Positions 43,863 through 52,199 of a DNA stretch of 64,000 bases are shown here, piece by piece. The stretch is from contig MEXR01000032.1 of assembly GCA_001773775.1 (NCBI GenBank), positions 7,266-71,265 on the forward strand. The letters are read 5' to 3'. A program made the position numbers and the translations under genes. The DNA comes from Candidatus Amesbacteria bacterium RIFOXYB1_FULL_44_23. Lineage in GTDB: Bacteria; Patescibacteriota; Microgenomatia; CAZETR01; Amesbacteraceae. The notes under the pieces were generated by a model. It saw only the letters and a program-made list of their open reading frames with translations. It was not told where the DNA came from and did no database searches. Position 1 is the stretch's first letter; the number at the start of each line of letters is the position of its first letter.

Positions 43863-44776
43863 CCAATAGTTTCTGGCTCGAGAACGGATTTTAAACGTTG
43901 AGCAAACTGGGTTGGGTTTTGATAGCGATCTTTAGATTCTTTGGCTAAAGCTTTTTGAAAGATAGTAACTAATTCAGAAGGTGCGTTTGGAATTGAATTG
44001 GGATCTAGGCTAGCTCCGTTTTGGAAATCGTTGTAGTCTGGTAAACGGCCACCTAAGGCTTGGTAAGCTACTGCTGCTAAGCTGTAGACCTGGGCTTGGG
44101 GATTGGCGACTTCAATTTGACCTGCCTGAGTCCAGGTAAAGGTATTTAATTCTGGAGGGGAATAGACTTCGTTGGTACCGACTAGTCCGTGTTGGGTGAC
44201 CGTGGAAACAGTCATACCCAGATCTGAGAGGGCGTATGATCCATCGTCCCTGCGCCAGATTTGGGCGGGGCTAATGTCTGTATTTATGACCTGTTCAGTT
44301 TCTCTCAGATAATCGAGAGCTGAGGCTATCTGAGTGACCATGGCAGCGACTTGTGGCAACCGGTCAGAAGAAGGAAGGGTGGCTATGTGTTCTGTGGCGG
44401 TTACGGGAAGAAATTCCCGAACCAAGGCTGGGAATTTCTTGGTTGAGGTTAGAGGTATCTCAGTTGTAGCGTATGCCAAAGCCAGATTCGGGTGTGTATT
44501 TTTCATTAGTATTTCAGCCTCAATTTTGAATTGATCGGCTATTAAATTATCCCCATAAGCCAGGACAGTATTTCCCCGGGGAAACAGCATTTTTACTACT
44601 ACTTTCTTACCTTTTAGCTTGCCTTGGTAAGTAATGGCAAAGTCACCTGCTCCCAGGGGTGAATTAAGGTCGATAGTCAGGCCAGAAGGAGTTTGGGGAG
44701 CCCACTCTTTTTTTGAGGATAAGGCCCGAACGACGGCTGCCGGACGGTCTTGGCTGATTTCAGGATTGGAATCCAT
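43859..44776 (-). CDS. Ser/Thr protein kinase-fold protein with atypical catalytic loop
   Basis: LGAGDFA, VVVK, E helix, HPNL, ALDYL, NTDISPAQ, DLG, YSPPE, KALAK...RY. Confidence 0.8.
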   Translation of the reverse strand: MDSNPEISQDRPAAVVRALSSKKEWAPQTPSGLTIDLNSPLGAGDFAITYQGKLKGKKVVVKMLFPRGNTVLAYGDNLIADQFKIEAEILMKNTHPNLALAYATTEIPLTSTKKFPALVREFLPVTATEHIATLPSSDRLPQVAAMVTQIASALDYLRETEQVINTDISPAQIWRRDDGSYALSDLGMTVSTVTQHGLVGTNEVYSPPELNTFTWTQAGQIEVANPQAQVYSLAAVAYQALGGRLPDYNDFQNGASLDPNSIPNAPSELVTIFQKALAKESKDRYQNPTQFAQRLKSVLEPETIG

Positions 44777-44820
44777 AGATTAGTTAGATTATATGTTAAG
44801 TAATATAAATTTAAAGCGAG

Positions 44821-44905
44821 GGGCCCGCGCTCGAAGACTAGTTGCGTTTTTAAACTTTACGTAGAACGTAAAGAACACAATTTTGTCTTATGTGAGCGCG
44901 GGCCC
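44821..44905. other. Long GC-closed hairpin between the lipoprotein and kinase genes
   Basis: GGGCCCGCGCTC / GAGCGCGGGCCC 12-bp IR with inner CTTTACGT/ACGTAAAG stem. Confidence 0.7.
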
Positions 44906-44921
44906 AGGCAGTGATGAGTTT

Positions 44922-46268
44922 CTATCGTTTGAACAGGTTTTCAGGTCTTAGGTCTGGCAAAGGGATTTCTGTAATTTCATAGAGTGGACTATATTTCGCT
45001 CTGGTGGCCTCCCACCATTGCCAGCCTTGTCCTACCTCTAGCCACGTTGATTCAGGAGAAGCCCCGTGCCCGTTCCAATCCTTGTTTGAAAGGATCCACG
45101 CACAATTCCAAAGGAGGTCCTTTGGGTTGAAAAAACTTTGTGAATCGATTCGAATGCACCCGCCTGGTGGGCACAAATAACCTAGTGGGCGAACGGGTGC
45201 CGACAGAACAGTGAACCAAACATATTTGTTCACTATCAGTAGCACCGCTACGTGCGCCTGTTGTCTGTTCGTAGCGTCTACTCCTGCGTAGATACGGACA
45301 CTTCCATTTGAGTGGCCATCTCCTTTTTTATGCAGACAGTAGCCGGCTGAACAGACTGTAGCAGCGGTTAAGGCTGCTTTTATAACTTGCTCCGATTCAT
45401 TTCCTAACTGATCACCCCATCCAGGTAGGGGCGATCCATGCCGTGTTGACATCCAAACGGCTTCCGAAAGCGAGGCCGCAGTGAGGGGTGGTCCTAAAAG
45501 TTCAGGACCCGCGTCGCTAGATAGCAGTGTGGCGATTGAGGCTAGTACAAATACTCTGGACAACACTACTACTGCGCCGTCCGTTATGAATTCGTACCCG
45601 ACCGTTTTATACGCCAGTGATGCGATAGTCGCAACACTGGTGTCATTGGCCTCAAAAGCTATAACCTCTTCATTTTCTGGGAATGAATCACACCAGAATA
45701 TTGAAGTCTCGCTATCATCAGTCGTAGGCTGCCAAGGGCTTGAGGTCAATGTCCCATTGCATGTAAGAGCTTGCCACATTAATGTAGCAGAGTTTCCAAC
45801 AACAACCCCATCATCTCTGGCAAAAACTATGCTTCCACTTTCCCTGGACACGGCGGTACTCCAGGTATAGTAGTGGTGAATTTCCCCAGATTGGGGAGGG
45901 GCGACAAAAAAGTCATAAATTCCCCCGTTGGGGTTTATTTCCCAACCAAAATTCATCCGGAGAACTTGCTCTAGTGTTACGTCTACCCCACACAGTGTGC
46001 GGATAGAATCGGTTGCGAATTGCCAAGGGTTTGTTACTCCGGCTGGTATTTCAACCCTGCATATAGGGGTTTTGAGATCGAGAACTGGTTCTGGGTTTAC
46101 ATTTTCGATAGCTGGCTGAGAAGCCGGCTGAACTGAATCCGACGAGGCATTGATTAAGTCTGTTGGGGCTTTGTCGGGAATGGCGGTGGCAGTTGGTCCG
46201 CCACATTTTGCGGCCATTATAAAAACTGAACTGGCCAGCATCAATCGAACAAGCTTATTAAGCTTCAT
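44922..46268 (-). CDS. Putative lipoprotein, function unknown
   Basis: Signal peptide ending AAK-C; AGGAG SD. Confidence 0.7.
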   Translation of the reverse strand: MKLNKLVRLMLASSVFIMAAKCGGPTATAIPDKAPTDLINASSDSVQPASQPAIENVNPEPVLDLKTPICRVEIPAGVTNPWQFATDSIRTLCGVDVTLEQVLRMNFGWEINPNGGIYDFFVAPPQSGEIHHYYTWSTAVSRESGSIVFARDDGVVVGNSATLMWQALTCNGTLTSSPWQPTTDDSETSIFWCDSFPENEEVIAFEANDTSVATIASLAYKTVGYEFITDGAVVVLSRVFVLASIATLLSSDAGPELLGPPLTAASLSEAVWMSTRHGSPLPGWGDQLGNESEQVIKAALTAATVCSAGYCLHKKGDGHSNGSVRIYAGVDATNRQQAHVAVLLIVNKYVWFTVLSAPVRPLGYLCPPGGCIRIDSQSFFNPKDLLWNCAWILSNKDWNGHGASPESTWLEVGQGWQWWEATRAKYSPLYEITEIPLPDLRPENLFKR

Positions 46269-46269
46269 T

Positions 46270-46610
46270 GTGATCTCCTTTTCTTTTTCTTTTGGTCGTT
46301 TTTTTTGGCCCTTTTTCTTCCTATGCTTCTTCCTTTTTCCTTTTTTTATCCTTTCTTAGCCTCTCTGAACCGGTGGGCTGGAAAACCGAGATTGCTTTTA
46401 GGTCCCATGGATGCAATCCGCAAAAGGGGATACCAATTTGAGTTATCCCGCTTAACGGATTGCACCGTAGACCTATAGCTTTATAGAACTACATCACTAC
46501 CATTTTAATGTGCTAGATTGCAAAAAAGGCGCAAATAGTTCCTTGGAATTCAAGAAACCTGCGCCTGATTTACATGGATATATCCTATAATAAATATAGT
46601 CGAAAGTCAA
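46270..46610 (-). promoter_or_regulatory. Promoter plus ~300-nt structured leader of the lipoprotein gene
   Basis: TTGACT-17-TAGGAT (46610-46582); terminator-like hairpin 46521-46567; long hairpin ~46399-46474; purine-rich tract 46278-46358. Confidence 0.5.
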
Positions 46611-46678
46611 GTATTATAGGGTATTTGCCGGTAAGGGTGGATTTTGGAGCCTGTGTGGGAGTATGATGGGGAGGCTTT

Positions 46679-47575
46679 ATGGCTAAAAAAGTAACCAAGG
46701 CGGTGATTCCGGCGGCTGGGTTTGGGACCCGGTTTTTGCCTCAAACCAAGGCTATGCCAAAGCAAATGTTACCAATCGTAGACAAGCCTATTATTCAGTA
46801 CGTGGTAGAGGGGCTGGTGAAGTCGGGAATTGAGGATATTATCGTGGTCACCAACTACCACGAACGGGCGATTGAGGATCATTTTGACCGACCACATGCC
46901 GATCTGACTGAGAACATCTTGATGGGTGGTGAGAAGAAACGACCACTTCTTGATATCCTAAACGAGATTTCAGACATGGCTAATTTTGTATATGTCAGAC
47001 AGAAGGGGCCGTATGGTAACGGAACCCCATTATTAAACGTCAGGAACCTGGTCGGAGATGAACCGTTTATATATACCTGGAGCGATGAGTTTATTGATAC
47101 CAATGGAGGCAAGTCGGTATTTGAGCAGCTGATCGAGGTGTACAACGAATACGGCTGTTCGGTGATGGGCTCGATAAGAGCCAGATCTGATGAAGACTAC
47201 AAGCGGTTTGGGTTTGCAGCCGGCAAGGAATTAAGACCGGGTTTAATTGACGCTGACGCAATTATTGAAAAGCCGGGAAAGGAGAAGGCTCCTTCAAACC
47301 TAGCTCAGGTGACGGCTTATTTGTTTACTCCGGAAATCTTTGCCAAAATTTCTGAGGCCAAGGACAGGCTAAAAGAAGGGGAAGAGCTATGGTATAACGA
47401 TGCGCTCAAATTGATGCTGGCTGATGGTCAAAGGGTTCTGGCTAAAGAAATTGAGGGGGGAATTTATCGTGACGCGGGAACAAAAATTGAATATCTGAAG
47501 ACGGTGGTTTCAATGGCAATGAAACACCCTGAAGTGGGGGAAGAATTTTCAAAGTGGCTTAGGGAATTGAAGTAA
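46679..47575 (+). CDS. galU: UTP--glucose-1-phosphate uridylyltransferase
   Basis: KAVIPAAGFGTRFLPQTKAMPKQMLPIVDKP, IEKP. Confidence 0.93.
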   Translation: MAKKVTKAVIPAAGFGTRFLPQTKAMPKQMLPIVDKPIIQYVVEGLVKSGIEDIIVVTNYHERAIEDHFDRPHADLTENILMGGEKKRPLLDILNEISDMANFVYVRQKGPYGNGTPLLNVRNLVGDEPFIYTWSDEFIDTNGGKSVFEQLIEVYNEYGCSVMGSIRARSDEDYKRFGFAAGKELRPGLIDADAIIEKPGKEKAPSNLAQVTAYLFTPEIFAKISEAKDRLKEGEELWYNDALKLMLADGQRVLAKEIEGGIYRDAGTKIEYLKTVVSMAMKHPEVGEEFSKWLRELK

Positions 47576-47622
47576 GTTAATAATCAAGAACTTTGCAGGT
47601 TGAATAGTTTCAGGAAACAAGT

Positions 47623-47838
47623 CTAGCGTTCGGATGAAAACCCGCGTCTTTCTGATCCTCTTTCACGCCGGTATCTGTACACTTCTGCCTTTAATTCATT
47701 TCCCGATTGACCGGTTGCAAGGTTAGTAAGGTATGGACATCCGGCGTGAACGCACTTAGCAAAGACCCCTCCAGCAGTTTGACAATTAGAGTCTTTTTTA
47801 GAGGGATGGTTGCAAACGTATTCAGGATGGTTTGGCAT
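47623..47838 (-). CDS. Small Cys-rich hypothetical protein
   Basis: CNHP...NC...KCVHAGCPY. Confidence 0.5.
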   Translation of the reverse strand: MPNHPEYVCNHPSKKDSNCQTAGGVFAKCVHAGCPYLTNLATGQSGNELKAEVYRYRRERGSERRGFSSER

Positions 47839-47933
47839 ATGGCGGAAAAGAAGCATTGTACTAACTGGATAGTAAGATTTTAAGTGGGAGATTTGGATGA
47901 CCAAAAAGGCCTTAAATATGATAAAATACAGTT

Positions 47934-48287
47934 ATGTCTAGTAGAATTAATAAGATAAAACCGAGAGTGTCAGATGCGGTTGACGGGGGAGAGGGAACAG
48001 AGATTCACCGAGATAGGTCAGAAGAACATCTGGACCATCGATTTGGATATGGAAGGGAGCTATCTCAGGGAGATACTTCTGACTTTTATCAGCCCGGACG
48101 GAGGGTTTCGGTGGAAGAGGCGCGGCTTCGTCAATTGAGCTTGCAGGAAGGGATGGATCAGCAGGTGGTGGATGAGAATCGGTTTCCGGAAGATCCGGAG
48201 CATGTGACTCGACGCGGGTTGCCTCCATGTCAAAGAGTGAATGATGAGGGTACACGTCGTGGTGACACTCCGGGAAGAAGGAGATAA
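47934..48287 (+). CDS. Charged, disordered hypothetical protein
   Basis: ORF preceded by a -10-like TAAAAT. Confidence 0.5.
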   Translation: MSSRINKIKPRVSDAVDGGEGTEIHRDRSEEHLDHRFGYGRELSQGDTSDFYQPGRRVSVEEARLRQLSLQEGMDQQVVDENRFPEDPEHVTRRGLPPCQRVNDEGTRRGDTPGRRR

Positions 48288-48378
48288 ACCAAGGCTTCTT
48301 TATTGGGAAATCGATTGATGGGTTTTTGGCTTGGGTCTTGAGGAAAAGAGAGGTTAGTGTATATTGCGAGGTAGAGCT

Positions 48379-49440
48379 ATGTTTGATTATATTTTTGGAC
48401 TGTTGTCACATGACGTCGGTATTGATTTAGGGACGGCAAATACCCTGGTACATGTTAAGGGGAAGGGGATAGTGATCCGGGAGCCGTCAGTAGTAGCCAG
48501 ACACAAAAAAACCAAACAGGTACTAGCTATCGGGGAGGAAGCCAAAAAAATGCTGGGGAGAACACCGGCGACCATTGAGGCTATCAGGCCGTTGAAAGAC
48601 GGAGTGATTTCCGACTTTGATGCGACCGAAGCCATGCTGAAAAAATACATCCTGATGGTGCACGAGTCAGGACAAATAATCCCTAAAGTTCCCCGACCGC
48701 GGGTAGTGGTGGGAATTCCTTCAGGGGTGACAGAAGTTGAAAGGCGGGCGGTACAGGAAGCGGCATTGTCGGCAGGAGCTCGGAAATGTTATCTGATTGA
48801 AGAGCCGATGGCAGCAGCCATAGGAGCGGAATTACCAATATCTGATGCCGGAGGGGTGATGGTAATTGATATCGGCGGAGGAACCAGCGAAATGGCAGTA
48901 ATTTCTCTGGGGGGGATTGTTCTTAACAGGTCAATCCGGGTGGCCGGAGATGAGATGGATGAGGCCATCATCCATTTTATGAGGTTAAAATACAATTTAC
49001 TGTTAGGTGAAAGAACGGCTGAGGAACTTAAATTTGCCCTGGGAAATGCCCACGTAACTGCATACGGCGATAAAGACCAAATAAAGTATATGGTGGTTAG
49101 AGGCAGGGATTTGGGTACCGGCTTGCCCAGAACTATTAAAGTAACTTCTACCGAAGTGAGAGAAGCGTTGATGCCGGTTTTAAAACAGATTACGGCCGCT
49201 GCGGCAGAACTGATTGAAGAGACCCCGCCGGAACTGGTGTCGGATATTTTGGAACGGGGGATTGTTCTGGCCGGAGGCGGATCTCAAATTGTGGGGATTG
49301 AGAAGCTTTTGAGTGAAGACACCAAAATGCCGGTGTTTATCACCGAAGACCCGATGACGGCAGTGGTTCGCGGTTGCGGCAGAGTTTTAGAAGATGATGA
49401 ATTACTCAGGAAAGTAAAAGTGGTGGGGGGACTGAGATAG
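48379..49440 (+). CDS. mreB: Rod shape-determining protein MreB
   Basis: GIDLGTANT, EPSVVA, IEEPMAAAIGA, DIGGGT. Confidence 0.97.
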   Translation: MFDYIFGLLSHDVGIDLGTANTLVHVKGKGIVIREPSVVARHKKTKQVLAIGEEAKKMLGRTPATIEAIRPLKDGVISDFDATEAMLKKYILMVHESGQIIPKVPRPRVVVGIPSGVTEVERRAVQEAALSAGARKCYLIEEPMAAAIGAELPISDAGGVMVIDIGGGTSEMAVISLGGIVLNRSIRVAGDEMDEAIIHFMRLKYNLLLGERTAEELKFALGNAHVTAYGDKDQIKYMVVRGRDLGTGLPRTIKVTSTEVREALMPVLKQITAAAAELIEETPPELVSDILERGIVLAGGGSQIVGIEKLLSEDTKMPVFITEDPMTAVVRGCGRVLEDDELLRKVKVVGGLR

Positions 49441-49471
49441 ACAGGTGGCGGTAAGAAATTATAATGGGACC

Positions 49472-51169
49472 ATGAGAAAGTTTAAGCCGGGGATAGGATT
49501 TTCGGACTTTGTGGTGACGGACCAGATGGAGAAAAGAATAAGAATCGGCGATGATCAGGAAAGGAATTTCCGGATGGGGTGGCTGGTGTGGATTTTGGTA
49601 CTGGTGGGGTTTTCCGTTTTAGGAGTCAGGCTTTTGACACTGCAGGTTTTTTTCGGAGAAAGATACCGACTGTTGTCTGATGAAAACAGAGTCAGGACAA
49701 TTAAGTTAGTGGCTCCCCGGGGGGTGATAGCTGATCGAAACGGAGTTGAACTGGCGGCAAACCGGTTGGTGGGTGAAAAGTGGAGACGGGTGTATTTGGC
49801 CGGAGAGGCGTTTTCTCACATGCTGGGTTATGTAGGAGAAGTGACGGAAGATGAAGTGGGGCTTATGAAAGAGCGGGGATTAAAGTTTCAGGTGGGGGAT
49901 TTTATCGGCAGAAGCGGAGTTGAGGAATATTATGAGGAGGCGTTAAGAGGAATTGACGGGGGAATTCTGGTGGAAGTGGATAACCAGGGTATTGCTGCCA
50001 GGCAGTTGGGTCGAAGACAGCCGGTAGGAGGGGAACGACTGATATTGGGGATTGATGCCGACTTGCAAAAGACGGGGTTTGAGGCTATGGGCAACAAGAA
50101 AGGAGCGGTAGTGGCGTCTGACCCCAAAACGGGGGAACTATTGGTGCTGACCAGTTCGCCAAGTTTTGATGCCAATAGCTTAACGGCTAATTATTCGGAT
50201 TTAATTACCAATGCCGACATGCCGTTTTTGAACAGAACGGTAGGCGGGGTGTATCCACCGGGGTCGATTTTTAAAATGATCACCACATCAGCGGCCATCG
50301 AATCAGGAGAAGTGTTGCCGGGTTTTACTTTTGAGGATGCCGGAGTGATTAAGGTAAATGAATATTCGTACTACAACTGGCTGTTTACCAAAAGGGGAGG
50401 TGTGGAGGGGACGATCGGATTTACCAGGGCGATCACCAGATCGACCGATACTTTTTTTTACAAAGTGGGTGAAAAAACCGGTCCGGAGAATATCGCTGAT
50501 TGGGCGACAAAGTTCGGATTGTCGCAAAAAACGGGAATTGATCTTCCGGGAGAAGTGACGGGGTTAATACCGGATCCAGATTGGAAGATGGAGGTTAAAA
50601 ATGAGCGGTGGTATCTGGGTGACACTTACATCATGTCAATCGGCCAGGGTGACATTCTGGTGACCCCGTTACAAATGAATGTAATGACTAATGTACTGGC
50701 CACAGGCGGAAGTAAATGCGTTCCGCATTTACTAAAGAATCCAAGCGGTAAATGTCAGACACTGCCGATGGCAAAATCGACACTGGATATCATCGAAAAG
50801 GGAATGGTGGGGGCTTGCAGCAGCGGGGGAACGGCTTACGTATTTTTTGATTGGAATGATGCGGCCAAAGCCGGACTATCCCAGGCAGCTTATACCAAAG
50901 CCCCGCCTGAGACCAAGCTGCCACTGGTAGCCTGCAAGACAGGGACGGCGGAGTACTGGGATGTGGCAAGTGGCAAAATGAAAACCCATGGCTGGCTGAC
51001 GGCTTATGCGCCGGCTGATAACCCGCAAATTTCGGTGACGGTGTTGATGGAGGGAGGCGGCGAAGGGTCGGATGTGGCTGCTCCGGTTGTTCGTAAAGTG
51101 CTGGCCAAGTACTTCGGAATAACCGACACATATCCGTATCAAAGTATCAGAAAAGGAGAAGGGGAATAA
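49472..51169 (+). CDS. mrdA: Penicillin-binding protein 2
   Basis: TM, APRG..DRNG, GRSGVE, PGSIFK (SxxK), STD, KTGTAE. Confidence 0.92.
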   Translation: MRKFKPGIGFSDFVVTDQMEKRIRIGDDQERNFRMGWLVWILVLVGFSVLGVRLLTLQVFFGERYRLLSDENRVRTIKLVAPRGVIADRNGVELAANRLVGEKWRRVYLAGEAFSHMLGYVGEVTEDEVGLMKERGLKFQVGDFIGRSGVEEYYEEALRGIDGGILVEVDNQGIAARQLGRRQPVGGERLILGIDADLQKTGFEAMGNKKGAVVASDPKTGELLVLTSSPSFDANSLTANYSDLITNADMPFLNRTVGGVYPPGSIFKMITTSAAIESGEVLPGFTFEDAGVIKVNEYSYYNWLFTKRGGVEGTIGFTRAITRSTDTFFYKVGEKTGPENIADWATKFGLSQKTGIDLPGEVTGLIPDPDWKMEVKNERWYLGDTYIMSIGQGDILVTPLQMNVMTNVLATGGSKCVPHLLKNPSGKCQTLPMAKSTLDIIEKGMVGACSSGGTAYVFFDWNDAAKAGLSQAAYTKAPPETKLPLVACKTGTAEYWDVASGKMKTHGWLTAYAPADNPQISVTVLMEGGGEGSDVAAPVVRKVLAKYFGITDTYPYQSIRKGEGE

Positions 51170-51209
51170 TTGACTGGTTACCTAACGACATGTAAAATAT
51201 CTCACTGAT

Positions 51210-51458
51210 ATGGCAAAAACCGGAAATGGAATAGAAGGGGGACCGGGCAAACTCAGAGAAGTTTTAGTGACCGGGTCGATATTAGCAATAATGGGAATTG
51301 GCTTGATTGTTTTACTTGAACAGGGCAAGTTGGATTTGGGTCAGAGATTTTTGGAGGCAGTAGCAATATTAGGAGTGGGGGCGGGAGCTTTATCGAAGAT
51401 TAAGGATTGGATGGGAGCATTAGGTTGGACTAGTACAGATAAGGACAAGAAGAGTTGA
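51210..51458 (+). CDS. Small 2-TM protein
   Basis: TTGACT...TAAAAT promoter; two TM segments. Confidence 0.6.
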   Translation: MAKTGNGIEGGPGKLREVLVTGSILAIMGIGLIVLLEQGKLDLGQRFLEAVAILGVGAGALSKIKDWMGALGWTSTDKDKKS

Positions 51459-51555
51459 TTGTTTGCTAATAGTGATTTGTGTTTATGCTAAGGTAGCAGA
51501 AGAGAAAAGGACACCCTTTGACACGGTGATTAAACCGCAGTAGGATGCGAAGGCC

Positions 51556-52140
51556 ATGAGTTCAAGGTCGGAATTAATTCAAAAGGCTCGGTTGCCGCAA
51601 GAGTTGGTGGAACAAACTGCATTTGAAGCATTTCGCAATGTAGTAGTTACTTATCTACCACAAACTTCTACTGATTTGTATGATTTTAATGCAGTTGCTG
51701 AACAAGATATGGGCGCATTGAGAATGGCACTTAGAGTTGATTTAATGCCGAAAGATGAACAGAAGATTTTTGATGATTTAACTACCGGGAGCTTGTTGGG
51801 CGACAGCCGGGAGCAAACTCCGTTTGAGCATTTTGCCGAGCAGATAACGGAGGACGATGTGGATAAAATGATTCCGAAAGAATTAAAGGGGCTGGCGTTA
51901 AGGTGGGTAGTGTTGGGAATAGCAGCGAGGGTGCATTTGGCTCGGCGCATGGTAGCAAATATTGCTCAAGATTCGATCCGACCAGTAGACGATATTGGTT
52001 TTAAGAGTTGGTGTGAAATTGGAGCCAATACCAGCACTATGTTTAAAATTGCAAATGGGAGAAAAGTGATTGATGGTAGGTTTGTTTTTTACCGGATATT
52101 AACCAATTCGGGAGTTAAGGCCTATTTAGGCAGTCGGTAA
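51556..52140 (+). CDS. Hypothetical protein
   Basis: TTGACA...TAGGAT promoter directly upstream. Confidence 0.7.
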   Translation: MSSRSELIQKARLPQELVEQTAFEAFRNVVVTYLPQTSTDLYDFNAVAEQDMGALRMALRVDLMPKDEQKIFDDLTTGSLLGDSREQTPFEHFAEQITEDDVDKMIPKELKGLALRWVVLGIAARVHLARRMVANIAQDSIRPVDDIGFKSWCEIGANTSTMFKIANGRKVIDGRFVFYRILTNSGVKAYLGSR

Positions 52141-52199
52141 AATTAGTGAAGGGGGATTGACGGGAAGGGTAAACTTGTGGGAACGTGTAGGGAGCATTT

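Noticed and set aside
46150-46359. Phe-rich 69-aa ORF
   Set aside because: Artefact of the pyrimidine tract and the antisense lipoprotein start.
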